Origin: Iphione sp. A-MEVVRFRX5
Lineage: Eukaryota
Reading direction: 5' to 3'
Assembly: GCA_976226885.1 (NCBI GenBank)
Contig: OZ320321.1
Location: 12,338,001 to 12,402,000, forward strand
DNA length: 64,000 bases
How positions within the stretch are numbered: the first letter of the stretch is position 1; the number at the start of each line of letters is the position of its first letter. The notes under the pieces were generated by a model that saw only the letters and a list, made by a program, of their open reading frames with translations, made no database searches and was not told the DNA's origin. The translations under genes were made by a program, and so were the position numbers. Shown here piece by piece: positions 50,823 to 63,408 of the stretch.

Positions 50823-50935
50823 GTCCATACACACCTCTGAGTATTACCTCGGCTCCCCCTATCGGCTGAGCTGCTCACTATTGATCCTCGAGCGACTCCT
50901 CCTCCTCCTCCTCCTTCCTGCTGCTCCCACCGCAG

Positions 50936-51786
50936 CGCCCCCTCCGGCCGCCCTCTTGCGGCGACCTCTCGCGGCTTCCTGCTGGATTCCCGAAGGGACC
51001 TGGCTTCGCCCTCCTCCTCCGCCGCCAGCCTCCGCAGTGCCTCGTGCGCCGCGCTGACCAGCGACGTCGCTTCCGCCGCCACTTCCGAACGACGCAACTC
51101 TCGCGAGAGGCTGACGACGACGTCGGGTGGCGAGAAGCAGAAGAAGCGGCGCCCGAACATCCGCCTCACCACGTCGCACTCGTCGCAGCACAACCACCAC
51201 CACCGCCAGCAACAGCAGCAACAACAGCAACAGCAACAGCAACGACATCAGCACCAAAATGGCGACATCTTCGGTGGGCGGCGGAGCGACCACCGGAAGG
51301 ACATCTCCGCACAAGATAACGGGTCGGTGCCGACCTCTGGCGGCGGCGGGGGCGGCGAGAAGAAGAGCGGCGAGAAGCGGAGCAAGAGCCAGCAGCAGCA
51401 GCGGGTGTCGGCGGGCAGCCTGCTGCTCAAGGTCTACTACCTGTGCTCGCTCGTGGGCAGTGTAATAGCCGTGGTATTCATGGTGGTCGGCTTCTCCACC
51501 CCGCACTGGGAGCACATCGACTACGACACGGACAAGGTGCGCTTGGCCGCCGCCGCCGACCCCAACGTGTCCGTCTTCTTCCCCACCGACGGCGCGGGCG
51601 CCGGCGCCGACGGCTACTTCACCGTCACCAACTTAGCCGCCATGGCCGCCGCCGCCGCCGCCAGCTCGGCATCGACGACGGGTTCCGCCGGAAGTACGGC
51701 CGTCAATGGGTCGTCTATCCCCGCTATCTTACACATTCCGCTGAGGAAGTATGGCGGACTGTGGTCAACGTGTGATACTCTCCCAG
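50936..51786 (+). CDS. Coding exon of a claudin/PMP22-superfamily tetraspan protein: long low-complexity N-terminus, TM1 and first extracellular loop
   Basis: The frame is open from 50841, with GC3-rich codons and a CAG/CAA polyQ. It encodes a hydrophobic helix LLLKVYYLCSLVGSVIAVVFMVVGFSTPHW and the signature YGGLWSTC (W...GLW..C), ending at a phase-1 donor CCAG|GTAAG at 51786. The start is placed at a putative acceptor (CCCACCGCAG|); the true start is unresolved. Confidence 0.8.
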
Positions 51787-51819
51787 GTAAGCAGCATATC
51801 CTCCTCTCCCATGCATATT

Positions 51820-52310
51820 CACGTTACCCCTCATATACTCACGTTATACCCCTCATATTCATCTTATACCCCTCATATTCATCTTATACCCCTCATATAC
51901 ATGTTATACCCCTCATATGCATGGTATCTCTTATATTCACATAACTGCCCATATTCATGTTATACCCCTTATATTCATGTTATACCTCATATACCTCATA
52001 TACACGTTATACCCTTTTATATACATGTTATACCTTTCATATTCATGTTATACCCTCACATACATGTTATACCCCTCATATTCATTTTATACCTGTTATA
52101 AACATGGTATACCCCTCATATTCATGTTATCTCTTATATTTACATAACTGCCCATATTCAAGTTTTATCCCTTATGTTCATCTTAGAACCCTCATACACA
52201 TGTTATACCCTTCATATAAATGTTATACCCCCTGTTTTCATTGTCATCTCTAATATTCATTCTATACCCCTCATATACCCATTACACTCCTCATATTCAC
52301 ATCATCCCTG
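51820..52310. repeat. AT-rich minisatellite, about 20 bp (TCATATTCATGTTATACCCC)
   Basis: Visible directly; intronic. Confidence 0.9.
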
Positions 52311-52689
52311 ATAGAAAAAATAATTTGGTAGAGTTTGCCTCCGCCCTGACAGCTTTCCACTAATAATAATCGCCAACAGTATTCTTTCAATGGCAAAAGT
52401 TGCACAGAACGCATGCTGTTATTATATAATTCCTCTTTTCCTTTCTATTGTATGTAATTGCACTCTTCTAAACAGCCTGGGCGGCCCTAGATAAATCCAT
52501 TTATAGAACAGAGTTGCAAAAAGTTAATTACTGTAATTTGCTGTATGATTCAGTGCGCCGAGGAAATTGCTACCTAATAATGCCTCATTTGCGACCTTTA
52601 CTGCTAGGCATGACATTTTTATTGTACTGTTAATCGTAGTGCCTTAAGTAAACATGGAACTAGCATCGGGAACAGGGCCCTATGCATCC

Positions 52690-53045
52690 TGATCTACGAT
52701 GCCCTCCCATACAGACAACTACTGCCTCCTTGTTTCTCCTTAATCTTGTTCTCCTGTTACTCCTCTTCTCCTGCTCCTCCTTCCCTGCCCCTGCTCCTCC
52801 TGTTCCTGTTCCTCCTGTTCCTAATATTCCCGTCTCCTCCTCTCCCTGTCCCTGCTTCTCCTGCTCCTGCCGCTTTTTCTCCTGTCCCTGCCTTATGCTC
52901 CTCCTGCTGCTGCTACTGCTGCTGCTCATACTCCTCCTCGCCCTCTTCCTCCTCCTTGTGCTACTCCTGTTCCTTCTATTCTTTTTCTTCCTGTTCCATA
53001 TCCTCTTGCTCCAGCTCCCCCCCCCTCTCTCTCTCTCTTTTCACC
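52690..53045. repeat. Pyrimidine-rich (CTC/CCTG) low-complexity tract
   Basis: Visible directly. Confidence 0.85.
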
Positions 53046-56000
53046 TTCTCTACATCTCTCAATGCACCTTATCTTTCTATATCTTTCATGACCCCTAGAA
53101 GCAGGTGCATGGATACATTAAGTCCATCCCAAGACCTGATGCATGGCATGGTGAAACTCTGCCTTAGGTGGTTATCACATGCATGAATATGCAATAGAGA
53201 TGAAAAATATGTCTACAGGTCCAGAGACCTAGAATGCTGATAACTGCCTTAGTCAGGTCCAGTTTTCAAGCGTGGCTGCTAACAGTAAATACGTCGTGAA
53301 CTTTATGTTATCGTTAGATGGGGATCATCAATCTATCCTTCTAGAGTCGTTTTCATGGCATAATTATTCCTTCATCATGGAAAACGAAAGTAGTGCATTC
53401 ATGCCAAATGTGATTCATAAGTATATCCACGTCTTTGATGCTCTCCCTAACCACCGACCCAGAAAGGACTGCAGCGGGTTCCCCCTTAGCTTATTCCAGT
53501 TAGGTTGGAGTCCTTAAAGAGTCTGGTTTTACCTCGAAAATCAAACAGAGAGCAGTGAAGACAGAAAGTTGAAAGGTGCAGTGACTAAAATGGAGCATAT
53601 TAGTTTATATTATCAAATTACGATTTCGGTTCCACTGATGGTGTTCGCACCAACCACCGAACCCCCCATGTCAGTAGAATGACATAGAATAGCTTGGAAC
53701 ATTCCATGTAGAATTAAACTTTAATAAATTGTCCACGGGTCATTTCAGGAGATATTTATCATACAGATAGGTTTAAGTAGACTCTTATACATGAGCTTTG
53801 CTGTGTGCCTAACACGTGGTAAATACAGGACTTTCACTAAGGTTTTATTACATGTAGACATTGACAAAGAAACACTGCTTACAAATTACCATGTTACATG
53901 GACCGTTAGCATTTCCACACGAAGATTACAGGTTGTCATTAACCTAATCATTTCCATAAATGATGTGATTTTTTTACCGAAGTTAATATGACCTGGTAAT
54001 CAAAGCTGTACTCTGAGCCTGATTCTCCAAATACGTACCAGGTTTACCAGTTCTCCCACTCGATCGTTTTTGCGCTGGGGGGATGGGGGCGGGGGGGAGG
54101 GGTTACACCTGACTGCTCTCTCCTTGGCATGCGCAGTGCTATTTTAGAAGATATGACACCCCAGATGTGACACTGTCCAAATGGATGCCACCGAGTAGAA
54201 ATAGCAGACTTCTAGGCACCAGGATTTCGCCTCTATAGCCAAACAACACAGACTGCAGTAGGTCTCTGGGTGTGCTTCACTGCCTTGATGTGTACGAAAC
54301 AGCTCATGCATGCACAGGCTTGTACAGTCACACCGGGATGATATACTGGGATCATCCTGTACGCAGAAGTTCCCATGACTCGGGAAAGTGTCAAGATAGC
54401 ATCTCCAGTGTTACTTAATCAGCCACATAACAGGCAGTCATCAACATGTCAGCTCGTAAACTCGATTCTTTCTGTCCCGCCAGTAACAGATTCAGTCACT
54501 TGATAAAATCAACTCCATCTCGAAAGGTAGTTCCCATGTTCTTTACCTATTGAATTCTCAACATACAATTAATGTATGCTTTAGCCCCTGCAAAAAAAGG
54601 CCAGCAATTGTAGTCTGCCGTAAAATCACTAAACCAAGGTGATCATGAGCCAATGGCAGTACATATAATAGGTTCATTTCATAACCACTGCTGAGAGAAT
54701 TAGTATATAATAGTGACAAGGACTGCATGCATATCTGAAGGCAGTTGCCTGGACGGTGGTGAATAGCTATCCTTGGAAAGGAATAGCTGGTGTAATGTTT
54801 ACTAGTGCCTCAGATCTTGGTACAGAATAAACCTGTATACGGTCTTTCACAAAAGGAATAATTGAAATGATCAAAGTTTCCTGTTCACCAAGAGAGCCTA
54901 TGCCTGTGAATAGAGAGTCCCTGTCGCTGTCCAATAATGTATAATTTGTATACATGTACATAACTATATATATCATACTGCTAACAAGCAGATGGGCCTA
55001 TCCATGGTGTTCAGAATATTGTAACGTGTATACTTTGCGTACCAATGGGTATATCGATTACATTTTCAGCTGTGGTCGCTTGTGCCTGAGCAGGGTAGGC
55101 AATTACCGCCAGCAATCCAAACTAGATGATCCTCCTCCTCTCGACAAGGAGGCGATCTGGCTAGAAATCTGCATGGTTTAAAGCCGCGATCTCCACCCGA
55201 TGTCGTTGTATGTGTAGACGTCTATAAAAATAGATATAGAGATACCCCACCTAGAAGTCCAGTTCAAGTTAAACCCTCAGGGGGGGGGCGGGGGTTTCAC
55301 ATGTGTCCATATAAGTCTGCCCTGCATCCGGACGCATATGCGGAGACCCCTCGTGGATTTGCCATTGTTAATTGCTTCCTGATGATCACCAGATGTATTT
55401 CACTATATATATTAGCTCCTATGGAATCCGCATGCAGATGTGGAGAAAAACCATCCTCGATGGGTTTGAGTCCAGGTCCGGATGCATATCCGTAAAAGTA
55501 AGAACGAATCTGAAGGTTTTTATTGCTTTTACCCGGGTAGCAAAGTCTCCACATCTGCGTCCAGACTAGAACGGAAGAATTAGGACACATGAAAAGCTCT
55601 CCCCCCACACCTTGTACCCTGCACCAGTGGGTATTTCTGCATTGAAGACATTCGGCCATCATGGGGGAAAGTCTCTAATCAGGAGAGCCTTGGTTCTTGC
55701 CCATACTGTCCCCAATTGAGACATGCCTTTATTAGAGATTTCATGTATTAAATAGAGTCTGTTCTTCTCATAAGTGTCCCTAATAGAGACGTGTCCTTAT
55801 TAGAGACGTGTTCCTAAGGTGTCTTTCCACTGCATGGCGGATGCTGTGTTTGAACCTCTTCGGTTTCAGGGTCTCAAGTCTCGCTGTNNNNNNNNNNNNN
55901 NNNNNNNNNNNNNNNNNNNNNNNNNNNNNNNNNNNNNNNNNNNNNNNNNNNNNNNNNNNNNNNNNNNNNNNNNNNNNNNNNNNNNNNNNNNNNNNNNNNN

Positions 56001-56789
56001 NNNNNNNNNNNNNNNNNNNNNNNNNNNNNNNNNGAATTTCAGAATTGCGATGAGCAGAGCAACATTTATAGAAATTTTAAAAAAGACATTATTATCCTTT
56101 TATAACTGCGACCATAACTGACCAGATTACAACGTGGAAGGTGATCTTAAGAGGCCAAATGCAATTTTAGCGGTTTATTGAATTAGCTTAGGGCTGCATG
56201 ATTTGGGGAACACAATCGGATTTCTGTGACAAACATCGCCCACAAATGTGTGGAAAAACGCTCTCATGCTCGCGTTGAGGTTCAACTAATAGCGCGGGAC
56301 GAATTGATTGTCACGAGTCAACACCCGATCCAAAGTCAACACCGACACAACCATTGCCCCACAAACCTAGACCAATAAAAATTAATCTCAACCTTTGCGC
56401 AATGAAATCAGGAATTATTTTTCCAAAAAGCAATCAGGCGTCGACATTTTGCCATTTGCTCACCGTAGTGCCTTGTGGTCGCCATGTTGGCGGATGTGAA
56501 ACACGTCAATATTTAAACAGGAGTGACCGAGATCGGGTGTTTCGCTTTTTCTCGGGTTATTTTCGTCTTTTATTTATAAAACATAATTCTGTATCAAAAC
56601 ACACTTTCATATATTTCCCTTGGGTAATCATTTTCAGGGATTTGTGGCGATAAACCCAAAACATAGTTGCCATGTGCAACGAACAGGTTTATTTAGGAAA
56701 AATCACCAGTCCACCTGGCAGCAGTGAACGTGTGGCCGAATGGCACTGCAGGAAATCCATGCATATTTTTAAGTGTGGTTGCCGAGGCA

Positions 56790-57165
56790 CACACTCTCAC
56801 ACTATTGCACACACTCTCGCACTCTCTTAGACACTCACACACTCTCATGCACACTCAAACACTCTTGTAAACACTCACACTCTCGTAGACACTCACACAC
56901 TCTCATGTACACTCACACACTCTTGTAAACACTCACACTCTCGTAGACACTCACACACTCTCATGTACACTCACACACTCTTGTAAACACTCACACTCTC
57001 GTAGAAACTCACACACTCTGATGTACACACTCTCAGACTCTCGTAAACACTCTCACACTCTCGTAAACACTCTCACACTCTTGAAGACACTCGCACACTC
57101 TTGTACACACTCTCTGACTCTTGCACACACTCACACACACTCATACACACTCACACATTCTATCA
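56790..57165. repeat. CA/CT-rich compound tandem repeat (ACACTCTC...)
   Basis: Visible directly. Confidence 0.9.
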
Positions 57166-58412
57166 CATGACTGACGTCGTGCATTGTTATGATACAGACA
57201 CTTAAATTCTTGGAAATGTGCGAACACTCGGTGATGCAGCAATTTCCTCACTTTCATCCTGTGTGATTGCATCCAAATTCAACTCAAATAGTTTATTAAA
57301 CAAAGAATGTTTCATATGCACTTTGTTGCATTCAAATTGGACAATTATGAAGGAGGTTGTAGCTGTGTAAAGTTTTCCTGTCTAGTCACAAGTAAAAAAA
57401 GACGTTGTTTATTGACTGGCAGTAAACAACGTCATTAACAATGTCATTTTGATGTTTATCATTCCATTATTCTATGGTGAGTCGGTGGTGAAATTTACAG
57501 GGTTATAATGTCCTTATCAATAATGCTATAAACACAATCTATAGCTCATTCTCTTTCTTAGATCCATAGCGTTCGTTTAATATATGATTCATCGAAGTCA
57601 GACCATTAGGAATGATGGTTTAAGCCTTGGATTACACTGAAGGTGAGAACATGGTAAATATCACTGATTTATTTTCTGGACTAAGTCTGTAAAGACTTAT
57701 ACCCTCTAAGAGCAATAGCTATACCCCCCACTATCCCATGGTATAGCTATTCCCTGGTATAACTTTTCACAAGGATCTAAAAACCGGCCATAAGAATATA
57801 AACCACAATGTTTTATTTCCTACATGAGATATATCCAAAAATGTATACTTCAGTTGTTGTCTTTTGAAAGGTCGTTTTTCAATATTCTACATCTCCTAAT
57901 TCTACAAACTTCAGCATGCTAGTAGCAAATATTTTATCACCGCCGTTTTAAAGCACCTATCCAACAAAGCCAATTAGTAATCTGATAGGTCTGCCATAAT
58001 TGTAGGCCTAAGACCACACGAGGTATGTGATAAGCATTTATGATTGTCAAAAATGTCATCCAGGTAAGGTCGTGCCCTTCTCAAGAGAAACATCGCAGAT
58101 TTCTTCACCATCCCCTCTATCAACCTCTTCAAACTTATAAATCGGCATCTAATGAAAATCACGGAAAAGTTAAACTCATGGACCTTCGCTGTGTTAGTGC
58201 CGTGTCATCTCAGATCCAAGTCAAAGTTCTTTGGCTTTGACTTAGATACGTACCTTTGGCATGATTAATGGGGGACCCCTCCCCCTCACACCACGTAGAA
58301 ATTCCGCTTCGAGCATGTTGAGCAATCAGTGATAGAGGCACGGCATTTATTTCCTAACTCTACAGTATATTATTCCAGCCTTGTCCTGGGATAATGTGAG
58401 GTTACTTACCTC

Positions 58413-58674
58413 TAGTGGGGGTATGGTAAACAATTAGTGTGCACCAACACTGTTGGTATGCAAAAGAAAATAGATCCACAAACAAAGAATAGGTCATTTT
58501 TAAAATGTCAAGGCTGAAATAAAGACAAAACCAGTATGGTGAGCTGTAGATGAAGCAAAATACTTGTTCAGGCAGCATTATCATACCAAACTCAGACTTC
58601 CGACCTCGTTTGGTATTAATGCTACCTGAACTCGTATATTGCTTCATCCAAGCACACCATACTTGTTTTGTCTA
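58413..58674 (+). repeat. Dispersed repeat with an internal palindrome (copy 2)
   Basis: Co-linear with 8359-8619. Confidence 0.8.
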
Positions 58675-59368
58675 AATATTGTCAGTGCATGAAAAATACC
58701 CCTGTAGAGAAACCACTGCTTGTGATATCATTAACCAATATCAAGAACAGCCATGTCACCAAAACAGAATCCTCAGGAACACCAATATGAATATGTCATA
58801 CTTCTCAACTTGAGACTATTAAGTAAAACCAATTGTTTTCTCTATGTGATTCTTGTCTTTCGGCTTTTTCTGTGTGTCCTACTCCTTTTGTGCCGCCATT
58901 CTCACCCATACCTCCATTAGTATGTAGAGTTAATGGAAGAGAAATGCTCCTATCAGCTCTGGGAGTCACTTTCGTCCTCTTAAATAGACAATGGCATAAT
59001 GTATTAGATTTCCTCACGATATGCACCTATTCCCTGAAGGCAGTCCCTGACGTGCTTTACATGTATCACAACAGACATTGAGTGACATTATATTCTGTCC
59101 TTTATCTCTAGAGTAGGGGACATATTTCGAGTAGGGGCAAAGTTGTAGTTGGCAACGTTAGACAGTGACGTTTAACATCACGGTGAGCTGCTCCTTTGTG
59201 TCTGTGTGTGGCGAGATAACAGCTTAACCTCACCGACTAGCTCACCTCATTCTGTCACACGGCACGTCACCAAACTCCTAGTGGTAAGCCCTCAGCATTC
59301 TGATCCCTCAGATGCCCTTACCCCTGGGCCCCCCAACCCCTCAACCCCCAACCCCCCACCTCCTGCAG

Positions 59369-59465
59369 TGACGCTGCCGAGCGGACTTTCTTCATCCGCG
59401 ACGACGCAAAGCGATATTATCAACAAAGAGCTGTCAACTCCCCCTCCAGGACCAACGATCAATGA
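59369..59465 (+). CDS. Candidate terminal coding exon, possibly the cytoplasmic tail of the claudin-like protein
   Basis: C-rich tract plus CTGCAG| acceptor. A GC3-rich frame reads DAAERTFFIRDDAKRYYQQRAVNSPSRTNDQ*; an alternative frame is also open. Confidence 0.3.
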
Positions 59466-60019
59466 TAAAACCTACACCCGCAGATACTGTCTGGCTATAT
59501 TGAGCGGCGTGCGAGGATTGGGCTGGTCTTTTCAATGGGATTACCTCAGCGGTAGGATGTCAGCGTTTTTCACAAGTTAATGGTAACCCCCCCCCCCACC
59601 TCCCTTCCCCACAGGACTGCGTCTGGAGGTTTTAAACAAAAACAGTATAAATCAGATATTAGCGTCCTCATGAACGTCATGGTATTTTCAAATTGACCTT
59701 CTGCCTCGTTTAGTACTAATTTTCAACGCAAGTATCTTCTCATTTGTATTCCCTACGTTTTTTTACTTTAGCATCAAGGTATGGAAAAACACCGTATCAT
59801 CAGCTAACATATAATCCGATTTATTATTCCATAAGCACCTAGGGTTTTGTTGTTCTCTAGAGACCCTCTTCCTTGCCTTCCCTCCCACGCTTGCCCTTTC
59901 GGCCGTCTCTTTCTCTGCCCCTTATTATGATCACGTGACGCGTGACGTTACTGCCGTCAAGATTGTTACTGACAGTCGTCCTCATGAGACTAATATGCCA
60001 GAGAGAGGTCTCCTCGGCC

Positions 60020-60535
60020 CTGACACACAAACACACATACACACATATAGAAACCCACAAACATCCAAACACAAACACATAAACACACAAATAGGAACAG
60101 CCAGTACACACAAACATAGACATAGACACACAAATAGAAACACACATACACACATACACAAACACACAAATAGAAACAGACAAACACACAGACACAAACA
60201 CATTCATAGAAACACACACACCAACACACATACACACACATAGAAACACACATACACCCTAACACACAAATCGAAACAGCCAGACACACAAACATAAACA
60301 TATAGACACATAAATAGAAATACACATACACACAAACATACATATATAAACACACAAATAGAAACACACAAACACACATACACAAACACATACATGTACA
60401 TAGAAACACACACACCAACACGCATACACCCACACACAAACATACACATAGAAACCCACATACACACAACCACAAAGACGAATGCACATACACAAACACA
60501 CAAATATAAACACACAAACAAAAGCACACACACTG
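60020..60535. repeat. CA-rich compound microsatellite
   Basis: Visible directly; accounts for the C/V-rich ORFs in the track. Confidence 0.92.
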
Positions 60536-61140
60536 AAACGTCTACTCCTGGTAGAACGTCAGTCTGAGGACGGTGTCCTAGTGAAAGACGAATAGAAACC
60601 TTTATTGCCTTATAAGGAGAACCATCGGTCATGATGACCATGTCTGCCGATTGAGGGCGCAGTTTGCCGGAGTGAATCGGTCTGGTCAGACGAGGTCAGG
60701 GAAAAGTGTGCAGGCTTAAGGGAAACCATAGAGCGCAGGGCCCTGCCAACTTCTGGCCACGGCAGGCCAGTATGACGGGAAGCTCAGCGAGGGAGAAGAA
60801 GGAGAGGCTGGCATCAAAGTGGCGGCGGTGTTACAAAGGGAAGGAATGGCACGCGTGCTTTGAGTGACCGCTGCGAGTGATGTAACTCAGATGAAAGCGG
60901 CCGAAATGTCGCCGTCTTGGAAATGGTACGATTCACACGCATATCTCGCGTCATAGTGACTTCAGCACGCACGAACACACACACATACATACATGCACGC
61001 ACGGACTTAACTGACATACTATTATGGTCAACATAGGGTAGAACTGCACAAAGGTAGCAGCCAAGCCAGCTCCCATATCCGGCCACTCTCCTCCTCGTCT
61101 GATATGGAGCTTGATTATAATTACTTCAGGTACATAGCTG

Positions 61141-61194
61141 CCCTCCCTCCCTCCCTCCCCCTCCCTCCCTCCCTCCCTCCCTCCCTCCCTCCCT
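61141..61194. repeat. (CCCT)n microsatellite
   Basis: Visible directly. Confidence 0.95.
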
Positions 61195-61639
61195 CGACAA
61201 GCGCTTTTACCTCAGATGTCTCCCTGTTATAGGGAGAAGAGGTTAATCCATGCTCTGAAAGGCATGATAATCCCTACCTGAACTGAGGCAGAACAAGGGA
61301 TCAGCCCGTAGGGAACTGGGAACATGGCGGAGGGCTTACTCCATGTGGGCGACTCCCAGAAGCAGATATCGTCTCCGTTCAGTTTGGGAGTATACGTAAA
61401 GTATGGTCACTGGGGGGGAGACTTGAGCAGGCTTGGATAAGTTAACTGCTGGCGGGAATTAAGTTTTACTTTAACTAATGTCTCAAGGATCGAGACGTAA
61501 AGGGAAAGACACGGGGAACCTAATGGCCTACAAGTGTACATACAGAGTCATCCGTGCCACCTGCAGGCTATTATGTCACCGTGAGAATGTGTACATGGAT
61601 AGATCTGTCGACTTTCAGTGGTTTCGGTGTATTTTGCTA

Positions 61640-61818
61640 GGAAATGTAAAAATTACGGCATAATGCTAATATGAAATTTACCATGGAAACCTCACTTTTG
61701 ACCTAATCAACTGTTTCTTTTCTGCTCTTAATGATCAAATGTATACCACCGAATTGCCAAAGATCCTTGAAAATTCTTGTCGTCATTGTTGAGCAAATGT
61801 CGGAGTTTTTACATTTCC
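61640..61818. mobile_element. MITE-like element with imperfect TIRs of about 28 bp
   Basis: GGAAATGTAAAAATTACGGCATAATGCT versus the reverse complement of AGCAAATGTCGGAGTTTTTACATTTCC; no clear TSD. Confidence 0.55.
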
Positions 61819-63408
61819 CACTAGAATACACAAAAACCTTTGATACTGGAGGAGTTTATTAAGGAAGTGGGCTACCACAGGTTTCCCAATGGCCTCTGTT
61901 AGCACGTCGCGTAGTCGCATCCACCTGCTCCGTAGGACCATGCGGGGAAGAGCGAAATATAATCATCCAGATTGAAATCCAACTACCGGGTTCGCACAAA
62001 AGATTTAAAAAAAATCGTTTAATGCACTGCCTCCACTGGTTGATGATAGTGCCGTAAGGTCTTGGTGATGGTGAGTATAGTATCTGCGAGGTGCGCCCGG
62101 TGGCGCCCTGCAGCCTCACGTGACCTGGCGTCAGTTGCATAATGTCTGCTCACAGGAAGAGTGGAATGGATGGCTTCCCTTGGCAGACTCCATGTAGCTC
62201 ATTACCATATGACCATATAAGGAGCGAGAGCCTGCGCCACTGCGGTGTCTGTTATTACGTTCTCATACAGGGCAGACTGCATAAGGAACCCAGGATAGAC
62301 TCACAAACGCCAGTACGACTCAAGTTCAAGTTCAAGTTCAAATTGTTTTTATTGAGCAAAATAGTACCGCCTTATAAGGTTTATACATATATACACAGTG
62401 GAATGCCTATCTGTTACCTTCCGAGATTGTGACCATTACCGCCAATACGATCATCTGAGCTTGGAACATAAGTGTTAATTTCTATAGTAATTTTTCACCA
62501 ATATAGCAACCATTCTCGCTAAAACGACAACTCGAGCTGGGAACAGAGGGTGGTCATAAATAGGCATTCCACTGTATACATATGTAAACAACAGCAATAC
62601 GCAAAATTGGGTTATAATAAGGACATTATTATGGATTAATAAAAAAAAAAGAAATTGAGTTATGTGACGGCTGACACAGGGATGATTTCCACGTAAACAA
62701 CACCTCATGCTTACAAACTAGAGGTTGTCAGATGTCGATATGTAAGTTGTGATGTTTCCATACCAATGCTTAAATATACAACTTACTTGTCATGTATACA
62801 TATTTTATGTTTAGTAGATATGACACACCAACACAAACACAGTGGATTCAATTTTGAGTTGTTTTTTAATTCCCAACATTTCGAACAATCTGTAGTTCTT
62901 CTTCAGGGGTTAATTAGTATATCAAATGCTAACTCTGAAGTACAAAAAATGAGCTCTTATGTCCTTGGGTATTAGGTAAGAAAAATTAGCTGTTACGGAA
63001 CCAAACTCTCTGCTGCCTGTATATATGACTAGAATGCTATGTAATAAGTTACTGTCATCCTTGAGTATGGAATGATGATAAGTTAAATAAATTATAGATT
63101 AATTGATTATATATTTAAACTGTCCATCTCTGGATATGTAATAGCATATCTGGTAAATAAAATCTATCCATCTCTGGATGTGATAAAAGATGATCAAAAA
63201 ACAGTCTTTGTTTCATTCGTTACTCAACGTGGAAAGTGTATAATGCAACATTAAACCTTTGATAATAGAAATGGAAATGTCCAGTAAATGTCAATTTTTG
63301 ACCATAACGTCCTGTATTTTAAGAAACAATCGGCATATCACAGTCCTAGCTGAATCACAAATGGTGTCACCTACTTGTGGACACAAAATTATAGGTTAAC
63401 TAATGTTC

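Noticed and set aside
50735-51515. Minus-strand and alternative-frame ORFs over the GC-rich exon (218 aa, 152 aa, 110 aa and others)
   Set aside because: These are expected shadows of GC3-rich coding sequence; only the frame with TM1 and GLWxxC has a family signature.
60536-60910. Hammerhead-like strings (CTGAGGA...GAAAGACG; CAGATGA...CCGAAATGTC)
   Set aside because: Stems I and II cannot be formed in the correct register, and the second has a mutated core.
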